Shown here piece by piece: positions 1 through 9,637 of a stretch of 64,000 nucleotides of DNA (its first letter is position 1; every line of letters begins with the position of its first letter). Location: the NCBI GenBank assembly GCA_944381175.1, contig CALWKD010000004.1:4326-68325 (forward strand), given 5' to 3'. The notes below the pieces were generated by a model. That model made no database searches, had not been told where the DNA came from, and saw only the letters and a list, made by a program, of their open reading frames with translations. The DNA comes from an uncultured Clostridia bacterium. Lineage in GTDB: Bacteria; Bacillota; Clostridia; Christensenellales; UBA1242. A program made the translations under genes and the position numbers.

Positions 1-514
1 GCCAAGAGAGTTTTTCGCCCTTGAAATAACCCGAAAGTTGACCTCTTATAAAGTTTGGAGCGTGCTCTTTGATATATGCCAGAGAGTATGGATTGAAGGA
101 TTGCACAGCAAATTCGCCTTTATACTTTTTCAAAACATCAATCACAGCCTGTTCAAGTTTTCCAGGCTTGAAATAATTTTTAAGTTCGACAATAATTGGA
201 ACTTTTCCGTCAATGAGGGAGAGTGCTTCCTCAAAAGTCGGGATATGTTCCTTTGAGCCTTTCAAGGTGAGGGCTTTGAGATCCTCTTTGTGAAGATATT
301 TCAAATAGCCGTCATTCCCTGTCATTCTTGCCAGACTCTCATCGTGAAAAACGACCAAAGTTCCGTCAGCAATCATTTGCACATCGAGTTCGATGCCATA
401 ACCTTTTTCGATTGCTTTTGAAAAAGCCCCTAGAGAGTTTTCTGGGACATTTTTTGAATGATAACCACGATGGGCGATTGGAGTCTCCACCAACCAAGAA
501 TGAAACAGATCCAT
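1..514 (-). CDS. glycerophosphodiester phosphodiesterase (GDPD family), 3' end truncated by window edge
   Basis: Reverse translation from ATG at 512-514 gives MDLFHSWLVETPIAHRGYHSKNVPENSLGAFSKAIEKGYGIELDVQMIADGTLVVFHDESL..., the typical GDPD N-terminus (HRG...ENS...E.D motifs). The frame stays open to position 1. Absent from the ORF track because it has no stop in the window. Confidence 0.8.
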   Translation of the reverse strand, partial: MDLFHSWLVETPIAHRGYHSKNVPENSLGAFSKAIEKGYGIELDVQMIADGTLVVFHDESLARMTGNDGYLKYLHKEDLKALTLKGSKEHIPTFEEALSLIDGKVPIIVELKNYFKPGKLEQAVIDVLKKYKGEFAVQSFNPYSLAYIKEHAPNFIRGQLSGYFKGEKLSW

Positions 515-618
515 AGCTTTCTTTCCCTTTCAAAAATGATGTTAATAAGATGATTTTAAAAAATTTTTCCATATTTGTCAAATATTTATGACGAAAAAGC
601 ATCTCAGAATACTATATT

Positions 619-3600
619 TTATGTCTTATTGTCCAAATTTATAAAACTTTTTATAGTTTCAAGTCTTTCTTTTGCGTCTTGTTTGCTTTTTTCAAGAAGT
701 TTAGACGCTTCTTCCGCTTTAAGTTCCTTCAGACTGCTGAATCTGCTCTCTCCGTTTAAATACTGTTCATATTTGTCAAAATTTGCGATGCTGTCGATGT
801 CAAATTTGTCAGTTTTTGGGTTGTATCTCAGAAGCGACCAATACCCGCACTCGACAGCCTTTTTCATTTCTTCTGGGGTCTTTGACATATCATATCCGTG
901 GCTTGTGCAAGGAGCGTAGGCGACAATCAAACTTGGGCCGTCAAAACTTTCGGCTTCCTTAAACGCCTTTATGCACTGCATCATATTTGCTCCGAGGCTG
1001 ACTTGTGCGACATAACAATTTTTTGAGGTAATGGCAATGGAGACGAGATCTTTCTTTTTGGTGGCTTTTCCAGAGTTTGCAAACTTCGCCATTGCACCTC
1101 TTGGGGTTGACTTTGACGCTTGACCGCCTGTGTTTGAATAAACTTCTGTGTCCAAAACAAGCATATTCACATTTTCTTTTCCGTTTAGGATATGGTCAAG
1201 CCCGCCGTATCCGATGTCATAAGCCCAACCATCTCCGCCGATTATCCAAACGCTCTCTTTTTCTTTTGAGGTGTATTTGCTTCCAAGTTTTATGCCCAAA
1301 CCAAATTCAGCATTGTCCTCAAAGAGCGAGTTTGCCCACGCTGGTCCTCGACCTTTTTCATCTTTCAGATATGGACAACTTGGGAATGACCCTCCATAGA
1401 TGCTTGAACAGCCAGTTGCGTTTGCGATGACCATATTTTCTCCAAAGAGAGAAGTTGCGAGTTTGATGTAAGGAGTTTCGCCACAGCCAGCACACGCACC
1501 AGAGAAACCAAAATAACTTTCCTTAAATTGAAGCCCTTTTGGAAGGTCGGTGGAGAAAGGTGTCACGGTTTCTCTTTCCATTTTCTGCATAGTCTCAAAA
1601 TTTTTCTTTTCTTGTTCAAGAATTTTCTCTGCAGAGACCATCTCGATTGCTTTGACTTTTGCAATGCAAGCGTTTTGGCAATTTCCACATCCAGTGCAGT
1701 CCTCTGGGCTCACTTGGACGCGGTAATAATATCCATTCATTCCAAATGCGTTTGCAAATTCAATCTCCTCAGGCGTTTTTGCTTTTATCAAGATTGGTCT
1801 TATGGCGTTGTGCGGGCAGGAGAGTATGCATTGTCCGCATTGAATACAATTTGCAGGAATCCATTTTGGAAGTTGGGAGGCTATGCCTCTTTTTTCAAAT
1901 TCTGCCGTGCCTTGAGGAACAATTCCGCACTTGTCAAAGGCTGAAACTGGCAGATTGTCGCCTTCAAGTTTTTCAATCGGTCGCATAATGTTTGTATAAA
2001 ACGGGTCATTTATTGATTTTTGCGAAAGACCGAGACCTTTCACTTTCAATTTTGAAACATCGACCTCTTCAATATTATCCTCAGTCATTTTGCTGACTTT
2101 GAGGTTCTTTTCAATTGTCTGTTTGCCTTTTTTGGCAAAAGTCTTTTCTATATATTTTTGAATTTGCTCTCGTGCAACCTCAAAATCAATTATGTTTAAC
2201 ACTTTAAACAGCGCGGTTTTCATAACCATATTGATTTTGTTTCCAAGACCTGCCTCGCTTGCAAGTTTTGTGCCGTTAACGACGAAGAGTCTTGCATTTT
2301 TCTCTTGCAGAGTCTTTTTGTAAATATCAGGCAAGACGGCGTCGATTTCGTCCGCACTAAATATCGAATTGATGAGCACCTTTCCATTCTTTTTGAGCCC
2401 CTCAAGGCAGTTGTATTTGTGCACAAATGAGAAATTGCTTATGGTGATGATGTCCGCCTCGTGCACAAGATACGCACTTTTGATTGGCTTGTCGCTCACT
2501 CTGATATGTGACTTCGTCAAACTTCCGCTCTTCTTGCTGTCATACTCAAAATAACCTTGAACATATTTGTCAAGTTCTGTGCCAAGAATTTTGATTGTGC
2601 TTTTGCTTGCGGAGACTGTTCCGTCAGAGCCGAGCCCAAAGAACTTCATTTGGAAATCTTTGTTTTTTGACTGATAATCTGGGATTGAAAGAGAGGTGTG
2701 GGTCACATCATCGTTTATGCCAACCGTGAAGTCATCCTTTTCTTTCTCAAAATTTTCCATAACAGCCTTGACCATTGCTGGAGTGAAGTCTTTTCCGCCA
2801 AGTCCATATCTTCCACCCAAGACCTTTATTTCAGGGCGAGATTTGAGTGCGGAGGACACATCAAGAAAGAGTGGTTCTCTTGCACCATTTTCCTTTGTCC
2901 TATCCAAGACAATAACTTTCTCAACGCTCTTAGGCAAAATTTTTGGAAGTGTCTCATAATCAAACGGGCGATACAAGTGGACATTCAAAAGAGCGACATC
3001 GGAGAGGTTTTCATTCTCGATAAACTCCTCAATCGTCTCACAAGAAGAGCCCATACTTACGATGACATTTTTTGGTGATTTTGAGCCAAAAAGTTGATAC
3101 GCTTCGTATTTTCTGCCCACAACGGCTTCAAAATCCTTCAAAATTTGATTTAAAATCTTGAACACATTTAAATAATCTTGATTTGAAAGTTCTTTATTTT
3201 GGAAGAAAACATCTGGATTTTGTGCTGTGCCTTTTTGGTAAGGTGAGGCAGGAGAGAGTCTTGACGCACGGAATTTTTCAATTTCTTCAAGAGGCAAGAG
3301 TGCTTTGATTTGTTCGTCAGAAATCATCTCAATTTTTTGAATTTCGTGCGAGGTGCGGAAACCGTCAAAAAAGTGCACAACTGGCAAACTTGTCTTGTAT
3401 GCCAAGATGTGAGAAATGAGTGCGAAGTCGTGTGCCTGTTGGACAGAGGAAGAGGAAAGCAAGATTGCACCTGTTTGTCTTATTGCCATAACATCGCTGT
3501 GGTCGCCGAAAATCGAAAGGGCGTGAGAAGCGATTGCTCTTGCTGCAATATGAATGACGCAAGGGAGATGTTCGCCAGCGAGTTTGTAAAGATTTGGAAT

Positions 3601-3873
3601 CATCAAAAGGAGCCCTTGACTTGAAGTGAAAGTTGTCGACATCGCACCAGAGCACAAACTTCCGTGAAGAGTGCCTGCCACTCCGCCCTCCGATTGCATT
3701 TCGATGAGAGTCGGAAGTTTTCCGAAAATGTTTAGGTGTCCATTTGAAGCTTCGCCGTCGCAATATTCTGCCATAGGAGAAGAAGGTGTGATTGGATAGA
3801 TTGGGATGACCTCAGAAAGTTTGTATGCCACCATTGCCGCAGCGGTGTTTCCATCAACAACGATATGTTTCAT
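619..3873 (-). CDS. nifJ: pyruvate:ferredoxin (flavodoxin) oxidoreductase
   Basis: 1084-aa ORF. N-terminus MKHIVVDGNTAAAMVAYKLSEVIPIYPITPSSPMAE, an internal 2x[4Fe-4S] block CIQCGQCILSCPHNAI...CTGCGNCQNAC, and a TPP-binding GGDGWAYDIGYGGLDH motif. Confidence 0.95.
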   Translation of the reverse strand: MKHIVVDGNTAAAMVAYKLSEVIPIYPITPSSPMAEYCDGEASNGHLNIFGKLPTLIEMQSEGGVAGTLHGSLCSGAMSTTFTSSQGLLLMIPNLYKLAGEHLPCVIHIAARAIASHALSIFGDHSDVMAIRQTGAILLSSSSVQQAHDFALISHILAYKTSLPVVHFFDGFRTSHEIQKIEMISDEQIKALLPLEEIEKFRASRLSPASPYQKGTAQNPDVFFQNKELSNQDYLNVFKILNQILKDFEAVVGRKYEAYQLFGSKSPKNVIVSMGSSCETIEEFIENENLSDVALLNVHLYRPFDYETLPKILPKSVEKVIVLDRTKENGAREPLFLDVSSALKSRPEIKVLGGRYGLGGKDFTPAMVKAVMENFEKEKDDFTVGINDDVTHTSLSIPDYQSKNKDFQMKFFGLGSDGTVSASKSTIKILGTELDKYVQGYFEYDSKKSGSLTKSHIRVSDKPIKSAYLVHEADIITISNFSFVHKYNCLEGLKKNGKVLINSIFSADEIDAVLPDIYKKTLQEKNARLFVVNGTKLASEAGLGNKINMVMKTALFKVLNIIDFEVAREQIQKYIEKTFAKKGKQTIEKNLKVSKMTEDNIEEVDVSKLKVKGLGLSQKSINDPFYTNIMRPIEKLEGDNLPVSAFDKCGIVPQGTAEFEKRGIASQLPKWIPANCIQCGQCILSCPHNAIRPILIKAKTPEEIEFANAFGMNGYYYRVQVSPEDCTGCGNCQNACIAKVKAIEMVSAEKILEQEKKNFETMQKMERETVTPFSTDLPKGLQFKESYFGFSGACAGCGETPYIKLATSLFGENMVIANATGCSSIYGGSFPSCPYLKDEKGRGPAWANSLFEDNAEFGLGIKLGSKYTSKEKESVWIIGGDGWAYDIGYGGLDHILNGKENVNMLVLDTEVYSNTGGQASKSTPRGAMAKFANSGKATKKKDLVSIAITSKNCYVAQVSLGANMMQCIKAFKEAESFDGPSLIVAYAPCTSHGYDMSKTPEEMKKAVECGYWSLLRYNPKTDKFDIDSIANFDKYEQYLNGESRFSSLKELKAEEASKLLEKSKQDAKERLETIKSFINLDNKT

Positions 3874-3987
3874 TGAATACTCCTTTAAAAGAAACTTACT
3901 GTCTTAAGTTTAGACATTTTGAAAAGATAAGTCAAATTTATTTCAAGTTTATTTGCTTAATAATTTATTATTATGTAAAATAAATAT

Positions 3988-4722
3988 ATGAGAAATTTGA
4001 AGTTTACAATCGAATATAATGGGGCGAAGTTTTTTGGCTGGCAAAAGCAGAATGGGAAAAGAACAGTGCAGGGAGAACTTGAACGCTGTTTCTATGAACT
4101 GACAAAGGAGAGAGTTTCGTTTGAAGGAAGTGGGAGAACTGACAAGGGTGTTCACGCATTCGGGCAGGTCGCGAGTGTGGTTTGCGAAAACAAAATTCCA
4201 CTCAAAAACATAAAGACCGCGCTCAACAATCTTTTGCCAAGTGATGTGAGAATTGTTAAAGTTGAAAACGCAGAAGAAAGTTTTCACGCGAGGTTTTCGA
4301 GCAAAAGAAAAACATACATTTATATTGTTCAGGTCGGCGGGAGTCGCAGTGCTTTGGAGTGTGACACGATTGGATTTTTTCCTTATGATGTCGACTTGCA
4401 AAAAATGAAAGAGGCAGGAGAAATGCTCGTTGGGAAACACAATTTCAAGGCATTTTGCAGTGCAGATACCAGTGTCAAAAATTTTGAAAGAGAAATATAT
4501 TCTTTCAACATCTCAAAACGAGGAAGAAAGATAAAATTTGAAATTTGCGGGAATGGATTTTTATATAATATGGTGAGAATTATTGTCGGAACACTTCTTG
4601 ACATTGGGAGAGGGAAATTGGATAAAAACTGCATACGTGATGCGTTTTTGACCGAAAAAAGAAGTATTTTGGGAAAAACTATGGAGCCAAATGGACTATA
4701 TTTGAAAAAAGTCGAATATTAA
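3988..4722 (+). CDS. truA: tRNA pseudouridine(38-40) synthase TruA
   Basis: 244 aa. FTIEYNGAKFFGWQKQ...GSGRTDKGVHAFGQV contains the catalytic Asp motif RTDKGVHA. Confidence 0.93.
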   Translation: MRNLKFTIEYNGAKFFGWQKQNGKRTVQGELERCFYELTKERVSFEGSGRTDKGVHAFGQVASVVCENKIPLKNIKTALNNLLPSDVRIVKVENAEESFHARFSSKRKTYIYIVQVGGSRSALECDTIGFFPYDVDLQKMKEAGEMLVGKHNFKAFCSADTSVKNFEREIYSFNISKRGRKIKFEICGNGFLYNMVRIIVGTLLDIGRGKLDKNCIRDAFLTEKRSILGKTMEPNGLYLKKVEY

Positions 4723-4794
4723 AAATGTCAAAAAATAAAAATTATTAAAAATTATTAAAAAATACAAATTAAATTAGATAAAAAATACAAAAAA

Positions 4795-4830
4795 ATAAAA
4801 AAAACAGCAATTTTTCGCTGTTTTTTTGCT
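4795..4830. terminator. bidirectional intrinsic terminator between convergent truA and lipoprotein gene
   Basis: aaaaaaaacagc-aatttttc-gctgttttttt: a hairpin flanked by an A-run and a T-run. Confidence 0.6.
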
Positions 4831-4882
4831 TTAATCAAAATTTACATTTATTTTTTATTATTTTTCGATTTTTATTAAATTT

Positions 4883-5722
4883 TTAATAAATTACATTTAA
4901 GTTTGAATAATTTAAAATCAAATACATTTGTTCTTCGCCAATTGTGAAACCGAAGATGATTTCATATGTTCCGTTTTGGCTGTTGTAGTTGATTAGGTAT
5001 GGGTTTGCTGTGTTTGACATATTGTCAATGGTCTCTTGGAAAGATACGCTTGCTCTGAGAGTTCTTGTGAAAGTTGCGTTTTCCTTTGTGAGCATAATAT
5101 CAGCGACAACATTTTGTGCAATATCAGCGTTTAACTTCAAAACCTCATTGACATCATTTGTGTGGTAAATCACATTTCTCTTGACTGGCATTGCATCCGC
5201 AGAAAAGATGTCCGTGTTTGCATTTCCTTGAGAGATATACATTCGCAATGTCATTGTCGCGGTCTCAGTGCTCATATCCTCTTCGACTCCAGGCACGGAG
5301 TAGTCATCTGTTATTCTCCAAGAGGTGAGTTTGGTGTAAATGATTGACGGGTCCTCAAAAACTGCGGTATATTTTCCTCTTCGAGAAGAACTTACCTCAA
5401 AGGTGAGTGTGCTTTTTGTCACTCTGCCATCATTGGTCTCATTTTCAATTGTGTAAGCACCTTCATTTGAAATTATCACCGAGTCCTCATAAACCCAAGC
5501 GATAAAACGACTGTTTGGTTTTGCAGTTGCGGTGAGGGAAATTTCTGTGCCTTCCTCAAATGTTCCACCACCAGAGACTGTTCCGCCACCAGAGCCCACT
5601 GGTGTGCCTGTCCAACTCGAAAAGACCTCAATCGTGAATGAAGAAGGCTTGTCGCAACCCACAAGGGCGAGGACGGGAACAACCAAAACTATCAAGGCTA
5701 AAAGATAAAATTTCTTTTTCAT
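4883..5722 (-). CDS. lipoprotein with InlB B-repeat (Listeria-Bacteroides repeat)-like domain
   Basis: Signal peptide plus lipobox MKKKFYLLALIVLVVPVLALVGC. GGGTVSGGGTFEEGTEISLTATAKPNSRFIAWVYED matches the List_Bact repeat pattern. Confidence 0.7.
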   Translation of the reverse strand: MKKKFYLLALIVLVVPVLALVGCDKPSSFTIEVFSSWTGTPVGSGGGTVSGGGTFEEGTEISLTATAKPNSRFIAWVYEDSVIISNEGAYTIENETNDGRVTKSTLTFEVSSSRRGKYTAVFEDPSIIYTKLTSWRITDDYSVPGVEEDMSTETATMTLRMYISQGNANTDIFSADAMPVKRNVIYHTNDVNEVLKLNADIAQNVVADIMLTKENATFTRTLRASVSFQETIDNMSNTANPYLINYNSQNGTYEIIFGFTIGEEQMYLILNYSNLNVIY

Positions 5723-5894
5723 ATATTTATAGTTATCCTTTTGTTAAGATATTATCTTAAAAATTTTTTCAAAAGTCAAACAAAAATTTACAATTATGAA
5801 AATTTGGAAACAAATATGAGTATTTTTGAAGGGGTTGCATACAATATGATGTGTGAAAATTTTTCTATCAAGTTCGTTTTCTTAAGGAGTTTTT

Positions 5895-6671
5895 ATGTGG
5901 GAACTTTCCATTTCTGTCGATTCAAAAAACTTTGAGGTGGCAAGATTTATTTATCAAAACATCAAAGCACAAACTGCGGAGTTTGGCGGTGTTGTGACTT
6001 GCTATGAGGAGTTTGAGAGGATTTTTGTGCTTTTGGCGTGTCCTGAACAGGAAAAAGCGAGGGTGACAAATTTTGTCGAGAGGTGCGTCATCAAAGTGAT
6101 TTGCAATTTCTATAAAGAGAGTTTTCTCAGTGAAAATTTGCACTTGCCTTTGCACGAAAATATGACAGTGACAGCGTTTAAAAAAGCCCTCATAAATTTC
6201 GACAAGGAGACAGATTTTTATTTGATAAGCAAAAATTTGGACTTGCAGAAGAATTTGTATCTTGATTCCTTCTATTCTTTCAAACTTAGACCGCTCCGAG
6301 AAAAGTGGGCGGAACTTGTCGCTTTGGCGAATGAAAACAGCGACTATCTTGTAAGTTCGGACGCCTTTTTCGACCTTCTCAAATTTTTGATTGACAACCT
6401 CGAAATAGGCGAAGAGGAAATCAATGTCTTTGAAGATGAAAAGGGGTATTCAATCAAAACCGAAAGAGAGGAAGACGGTCTCAAATGCAAAGAGTTGTCA
6501 AAGGAGGGGCTTGTGTCGTCATTGATTGAGTTGTGTCCCAAAAAGATAAACCTCTTCTGTCGCAGTGACGATAACACAGCGGTCTTTTTGAGCAAAATTT
6601 TCGATGAACGAGTCAACGTTTGTTATGACAAAAACATTGAAAAAGTGGACAAATTTAGTGTTTTGAAATAG
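5895..6671 (+). CDS. hypothetical protein, possibly YtxC-like sporulation protein
   Basis: 258 aa with SD aaggag upstream. Size, the position just upstream of thrS (ytxC-thrS synteny in Bacillus) and the central ...YLVSSDAFFDLLKFLIDN... segment resemble the YtxC family. This rests on weak by-eye similarity only. Confidence 0.45.
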   Translation: MWELSISVDSKNFEVARFIYQNIKAQTAEFGGVVTCYEEFERIFVLLACPEQEKARVTNFVERCVIKVICNFYKESFLSENLHLPLHENMTVTAFKKALINFDKETDFYLISKNLDLQKNLYLDSFYSFKLRPLREKWAELVALANENSDYLVSSDAFFDLLKFLIDNLEIGEEEINVFEDEKGYSIKTEREEDGLKCKELSKEGLVSSLIELCPKKINLFCRSDDNTAVFLSKIFDERVNVCYDKNIEKVDKFSVLK

Positions 6672-6742
6672 AAAAAGAAGATTTTTCGCAAAAAACAAAT
6701 TTTAAAAGTAAATTTTGAAATTCGGAAAGATAGAATAAAATA

Positions 6743-6772
6743 AAAACATCTGAATCTCTTTAGATGTTTTTT
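6743..6772. terminator. bidirectional intrinsic terminator
   Basis: aaaaacatct-gaatctctt-agatgtttttt between convergent genes. Confidence 0.6.
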
Positions 6773-6794
6773 ACTTATTTATTTGAGGACTTAA

Positions 6795-7112
6795 TTAACC
6801 TTTCACAACTGCGACAGGTGTTTCTTTTTCTTTTGAGCCGTTTACCATTTCGTCAAGAATGTTTGCAATGCCCTTTTTGCCTATGAAATTGAAATAAGAA
6901 ATGATTTTGTCAGAGTTGTTGTTTTTCAAAATAAAGCCCAAGAGTTTGTCATCAGATTCTGAGTTTACAGAGTTTCTGAGAGAAATGATTGCTTCTCCAG
7001 TGTGTGAGAGGCTTTTGAGTTCGTCTTTCGTGAAATCTGCTTTCTTTTCTTCTTTTGCTTCTTCTGGCAATTTGTAATCTTCAAGCACGGCTGTTTTTTC
7101 TGTGTTTTTCAT
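6795..7112 (-). CDS. hypothetical 105-aa protein
   Basis: I place the start at MKNTEK (ATG 7110-7112), preceded by aaaaggagaagag. The longer 168-aa ORF in the track has no SD. I recognise no family. Confidence 0.5.
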   Translation of the reverse strand: MKNTEKTAVLEDYKLPEEAKEEKKADFTKDELKSLSHTGEAIISLRNSVNSESDDKLLGFILKNNNSDKIISYFNFIGKKGIANILDEMVNGSKEKETPVAVVKG

Positions 7113-7197
7113 CTTCGTCTCTTCTCCTTTTAATTGAAATTTTTTCTCGCTTTTTGCATACTTAAATATATATGCTTTTAAGTGAGTGTGTTTGCCC

Positions 7198-7225
7198 ATT
7201 ATAGCACAAAATTTTCTTAAGTCAA
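7198..7225 (-). promoter_or_regulatory. sigma-A-type promoter for the 105-aa gene
   Basis: Minus strand reads TTGACT-16 nt-(TGc)TATAAT (-35 at 7220-7225, -10 at 7198-7203). Confidence 0.5.
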
Positions 7226-7340
7226 GTGTTTGTTTGAAGAAATTTTTAAAAATTTTGAAAAATTTTGCAAATCGCATTAGTTTCGACAAAATTAAACACA
7301 AAGCACCGAAAAATTCTTTTAAAATTTAAACACAAAAGTG

Positions 7341-7370
7341 TTGACAAATGGCGTGCGGTGGAGATATAAT
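7341..7370 (+). promoter_or_regulatory. sigma-A-type promoter of the thrS leader
   Basis: TTGACA (7341-7346), 18 nt, TATAAT (7365-7370). Confidence 0.7.
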
Positions 7371-7374
7371 GAGG

Positions 7375-7595
7375 GTGTATTTAGTGAAAGACAAGTAGTT
7401 TTTGGAACCTTGTGCACAGAGAAGGGTTGGTTGGTGCGAAACCTTGACAAATTCAAAAATGAAACCACTTTTGCGTTTGAAGATACTTAATCTTATAAAG
7501 AGTGGCAATCGGATTTCTGGTTGCAATTAAGGTGGAACCGCGGTCTAAAAATCGTCCTTAAATTCAAGTTATGCTTGTCTTTAAGGATTTTTTGT
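7375..7595 (+). promoter_or_regulatory. T-box leader (threonine specifier) with terminator/antiterminator
   Basis: T-box sequence aattaaGGTGGaACCGCGg at 7526-7543. Candidate ACC (Thr) specifier at 7464-7466, followed by A. Terminator tccttaaa...tttaagga plus T-run at 7555-7595. Lies directly upstream of thrS. Confidence 0.8.
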
Positions 7596-7657
7596 TTTTG
7601 CTTCAAGCGGAGCAATGTGACAAAGAGTCCAAAAGGCAGAAAAAAGGAGACAGATTT

Positions 7658-9418
7658 ATGAGAAACAAACAAATTGACGAAAAATTGCAGACGGCAAGAC
7701 ACTCATTTGCACATATCTTGGCAAAGGCACTTACCGAACTTTATCCAAGCACACTTCTCACCATTGGGCCAGCAATTGACGACGGGTTTTATTATGATGT
7801 TGACCTCGAGGAACAACTCACCCCAGACCATTTCCCAGCCATTGAAAAGAAGATGAAAGAGATAATAAACAAGGGTGAGCCTTTCACAAGAAAAGAGGTT
7901 TCAAGAGCAGAGGCACTCAAACTTTTTGCTGGAAACAAATACAAAACGGAGATTATCGAGGAACTTCCAGAGGACGAGAAAATCGCCTTGTATTACACGG
8001 GCGATGACTTTTTTGACCTTTGCCGTGGGCCTCACGTTGAGAGCAGTAAAAATCTCCAAAACTACGCATTCAAAATCCACTCCGTAAATGGTGCATATTG
8101 GCGTGGGAGTGAGAAAAACAAAATGCTCCAAAGAGTTTATGTTTATGCGTTTGCAGACAAAAAACAACTTGCCGAGCACATCAACATGGTTGAAGAGGCG
8201 AAGAAGAATGACCATAGAAGACTTGGAAAAGAACTTGGCATATTTATGTTTGACGAACTCATCGGAAAAGGTCTGCCAATGTATCTTCCAAATGGGTTTA
8301 CGCTGAGAAGGCTTTTGTCTGATTATATTATGAACAAGGAAATTGAAAAGGGATATAGGCACGTTATGACGCCGTCTCTTGGAAATGTCGACCTTTACAA
8401 GACTTCGGGGCACTGGGAACACTATAAAGAAGATATGTTTCCTGCTATGGAACTTGATGATGAGGCGTATGTTCTTCGTCCGATGAACTGCCCACATCAT
8501 ATGGTTATGTTTAAGCACGAAATGCACTCTTATCGTGATTTGCCATTAAGAATTGCAGAGGTTGCAAACGATTTCAGGTTTGAGGACAGCGGAAATTTGT
8601 GTGGGTTGGAAAGAGCAAGAGCGTTCACACAGAACGACTCCCACATCTTCTGCACGCCAGACCAAATCGCAGACGAAATCAAAGGTGTTATCTCACTTAT
8701 TATGGAAGTATATAAAGATTTTGGGTTTAAAGATTACACTTTGAGACTCTCTTTGCGTGACAAGAGCGACACATCCAAATATTTTGGAAACGATGAACTC
8801 TGGGAAAAGAGCGAAAATGCATTGAGAGAGATTATCAAATCGACAGGCGTGAATTATTATGAAGCAATCGGCGAAGCGGCATTTTATGGGCCAAAAATCG
8901 ACGTCCAAGTTTACAGTGCTTTGGGGCACGAAGTGACTTTGTCGACCGTCCAACTTGACTATCAGTTGCCAGAGAAGTTTATGCTCGAGTATGTTGGCGA
9001 GGACGGAGAAAAACACAGACCAGTCGTGATTCACAGAGCGATTTTGGGCTCGCTTGACAGATTTATTGCATTCCTTCTTGAAGAGACAAAAGGACTTTTG
9101 CCACTCTGGCTTGCACCAGTGCAGGTTAAGGTCTTGACTCTTACGGAAAGAAACAATGATTATGCGAAGAAGGTTTTTGACACGCTTTGCGAGAAAGGTT
9201 TGAGAGCGGAACTTGACGACCGAAACGAGAAAATTGGATACAAAATCCGTGAAGCACTCTCTATGAAGATTCCTTATCTTATTATTGTCGGTGACGAGGA
9301 AGAGAAGAACGGCGAAATCTCAATTCGTGGTCGTGGATATGAAAACAAGAGTGGTCTTAAACTTGACGATTTTATCAAAAGACTTGAAGAAGAGATTGAG
9401 ACAAAGAAAATTAATTAA
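7658..9418 (+). CDS. thrS: threonine--tRNA ligase (lacks N-terminal TGS domain)
   Basis: Start at ATG 7658 after aaaaaaggagac. MRNKQIDEKLQTARHSFAHILAKALTELYP...GPAIDDGFYYD is the N2 editing domain. Class II core motifs are present (RPMNCPHH, FRFEDSG). 586 aa. Confidence 0.93.
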   Translation: MRNKQIDEKLQTARHSFAHILAKALTELYPSTLLTIGPAIDDGFYYDVDLEEQLTPDHFPAIEKKMKEIINKGEPFTRKEVSRAEALKLFAGNKYKTEIIEELPEDEKIALYYTGDDFFDLCRGPHVESSKNLQNYAFKIHSVNGAYWRGSEKNKMLQRVYVYAFADKKQLAEHINMVEEAKKNDHRRLGKELGIFMFDELIGKGLPMYLPNGFTLRRLLSDYIMNKEIEKGYRHVMTPSLGNVDLYKTSGHWEHYKEDMFPAMELDDEAYVLRPMNCPHHMVMFKHEMHSYRDLPLRIAEVANDFRFEDSGNLCGLERARAFTQNDSHIFCTPDQIADEIKGVISLIMEVYKDFGFKDYTLRLSLRDKSDTSKYFGNDELWEKSENALREIIKSTGVNYYEAIGEAAFYGPKIDVQVYSALGHEVTLSTVQLDYQLPEKFMLEYVGEDGEKHRPVVIHRAILGSLDRFIAFLLEETKGLLPLWLAPVQVKVLTLTERNNDYAKKVFDTLCEKGLRAELDDRNEKIGYKIREALSMKIPYLIIVGDEEEKNGEISIRGRGYENKSGLKLDDFIKRLEEEIETKKIN

Positions 9419-9422
9419 AAAA

Positions 9423-9455
9423 TCGAAATTTTACGACTTATTTCGACAATTTTTG
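9423..9455 (+). terminator. intrinsic terminator after thrS
   Basis: tcgaaat-tttacgactt-atttcga, followed by caatttttg. Confidence 0.5.
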
Positions 9456-9526
9456 CTTTTAATCTTGAAAAATTGTTTGGTTTATTGTAAGATAGTGTGG
9501 TAACATCAAAAAGGAGTGAAAGCAAA

Positions 9527-9601
9527 ATGGGGATAAATGAGTTGATTATTCCACTCGGAGTGATATTCCTTGTGCTCGTTATGGGATTTTACTTCAAATA
9601 A
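9527..9601 (+). CDS. 24-codon hydrophobic mini-ORF (MGINELIIPLGVIFLVLVMGFYFK)
   Basis: Good SD (aaaaaggagtg, 7 nt from ATG). A single predicted TM helix. Not in the ORF track (below 60 aa). It is unproven whether this is translated. Confidence 0.35.
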   Translation: MGINELIIPLGVIFLVLVMGFYFK

Positions 9602-9637
9602 TTTTAAGGCGTCAAGGTGACGCGAAAGGAGACGAAA

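Noticed and set aside
1077-3763. Multiple 60-138-aa ORFs on both strands inside the PFOR gene
   Set aside because: They lie fully within, or antisense to, a well-supported 1084-aa conserved gene. They have no SD and low-complexity or odd composition.
4722-4882. Shared A/T words between AT-rich spacers. Examples: aaaataaaaattattaaaaatt occurs here and near 63640, and gcgtaaaaatgt occurs near 10415 and 32175. This raised a possible dispersed repeat or MITE.
   Set aside because: The matches are short and of low complexity, lack terminal inverted repeats or target duplications, and are expected by chance in spacers this AT-rich.
7113-7301. Upstream extension of the 6795 minus-strand ORF to 168 aa. 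The same issue applies to the extended starts at 7571 (thrS), 9617 (yajC), 37533 (deacetylase), 40812 (gpmI), 41508 (DUF378), 41416 (greA), 45957 (tsaE), 58883 (DegV), 62211 (DUF4364) and 62290.
   Set aside because: In each case an internal ATG has a strong SD at proper spacing and coincides with the start of family homology. The extensions run through promoters, leader RNA or neighbouring genes.
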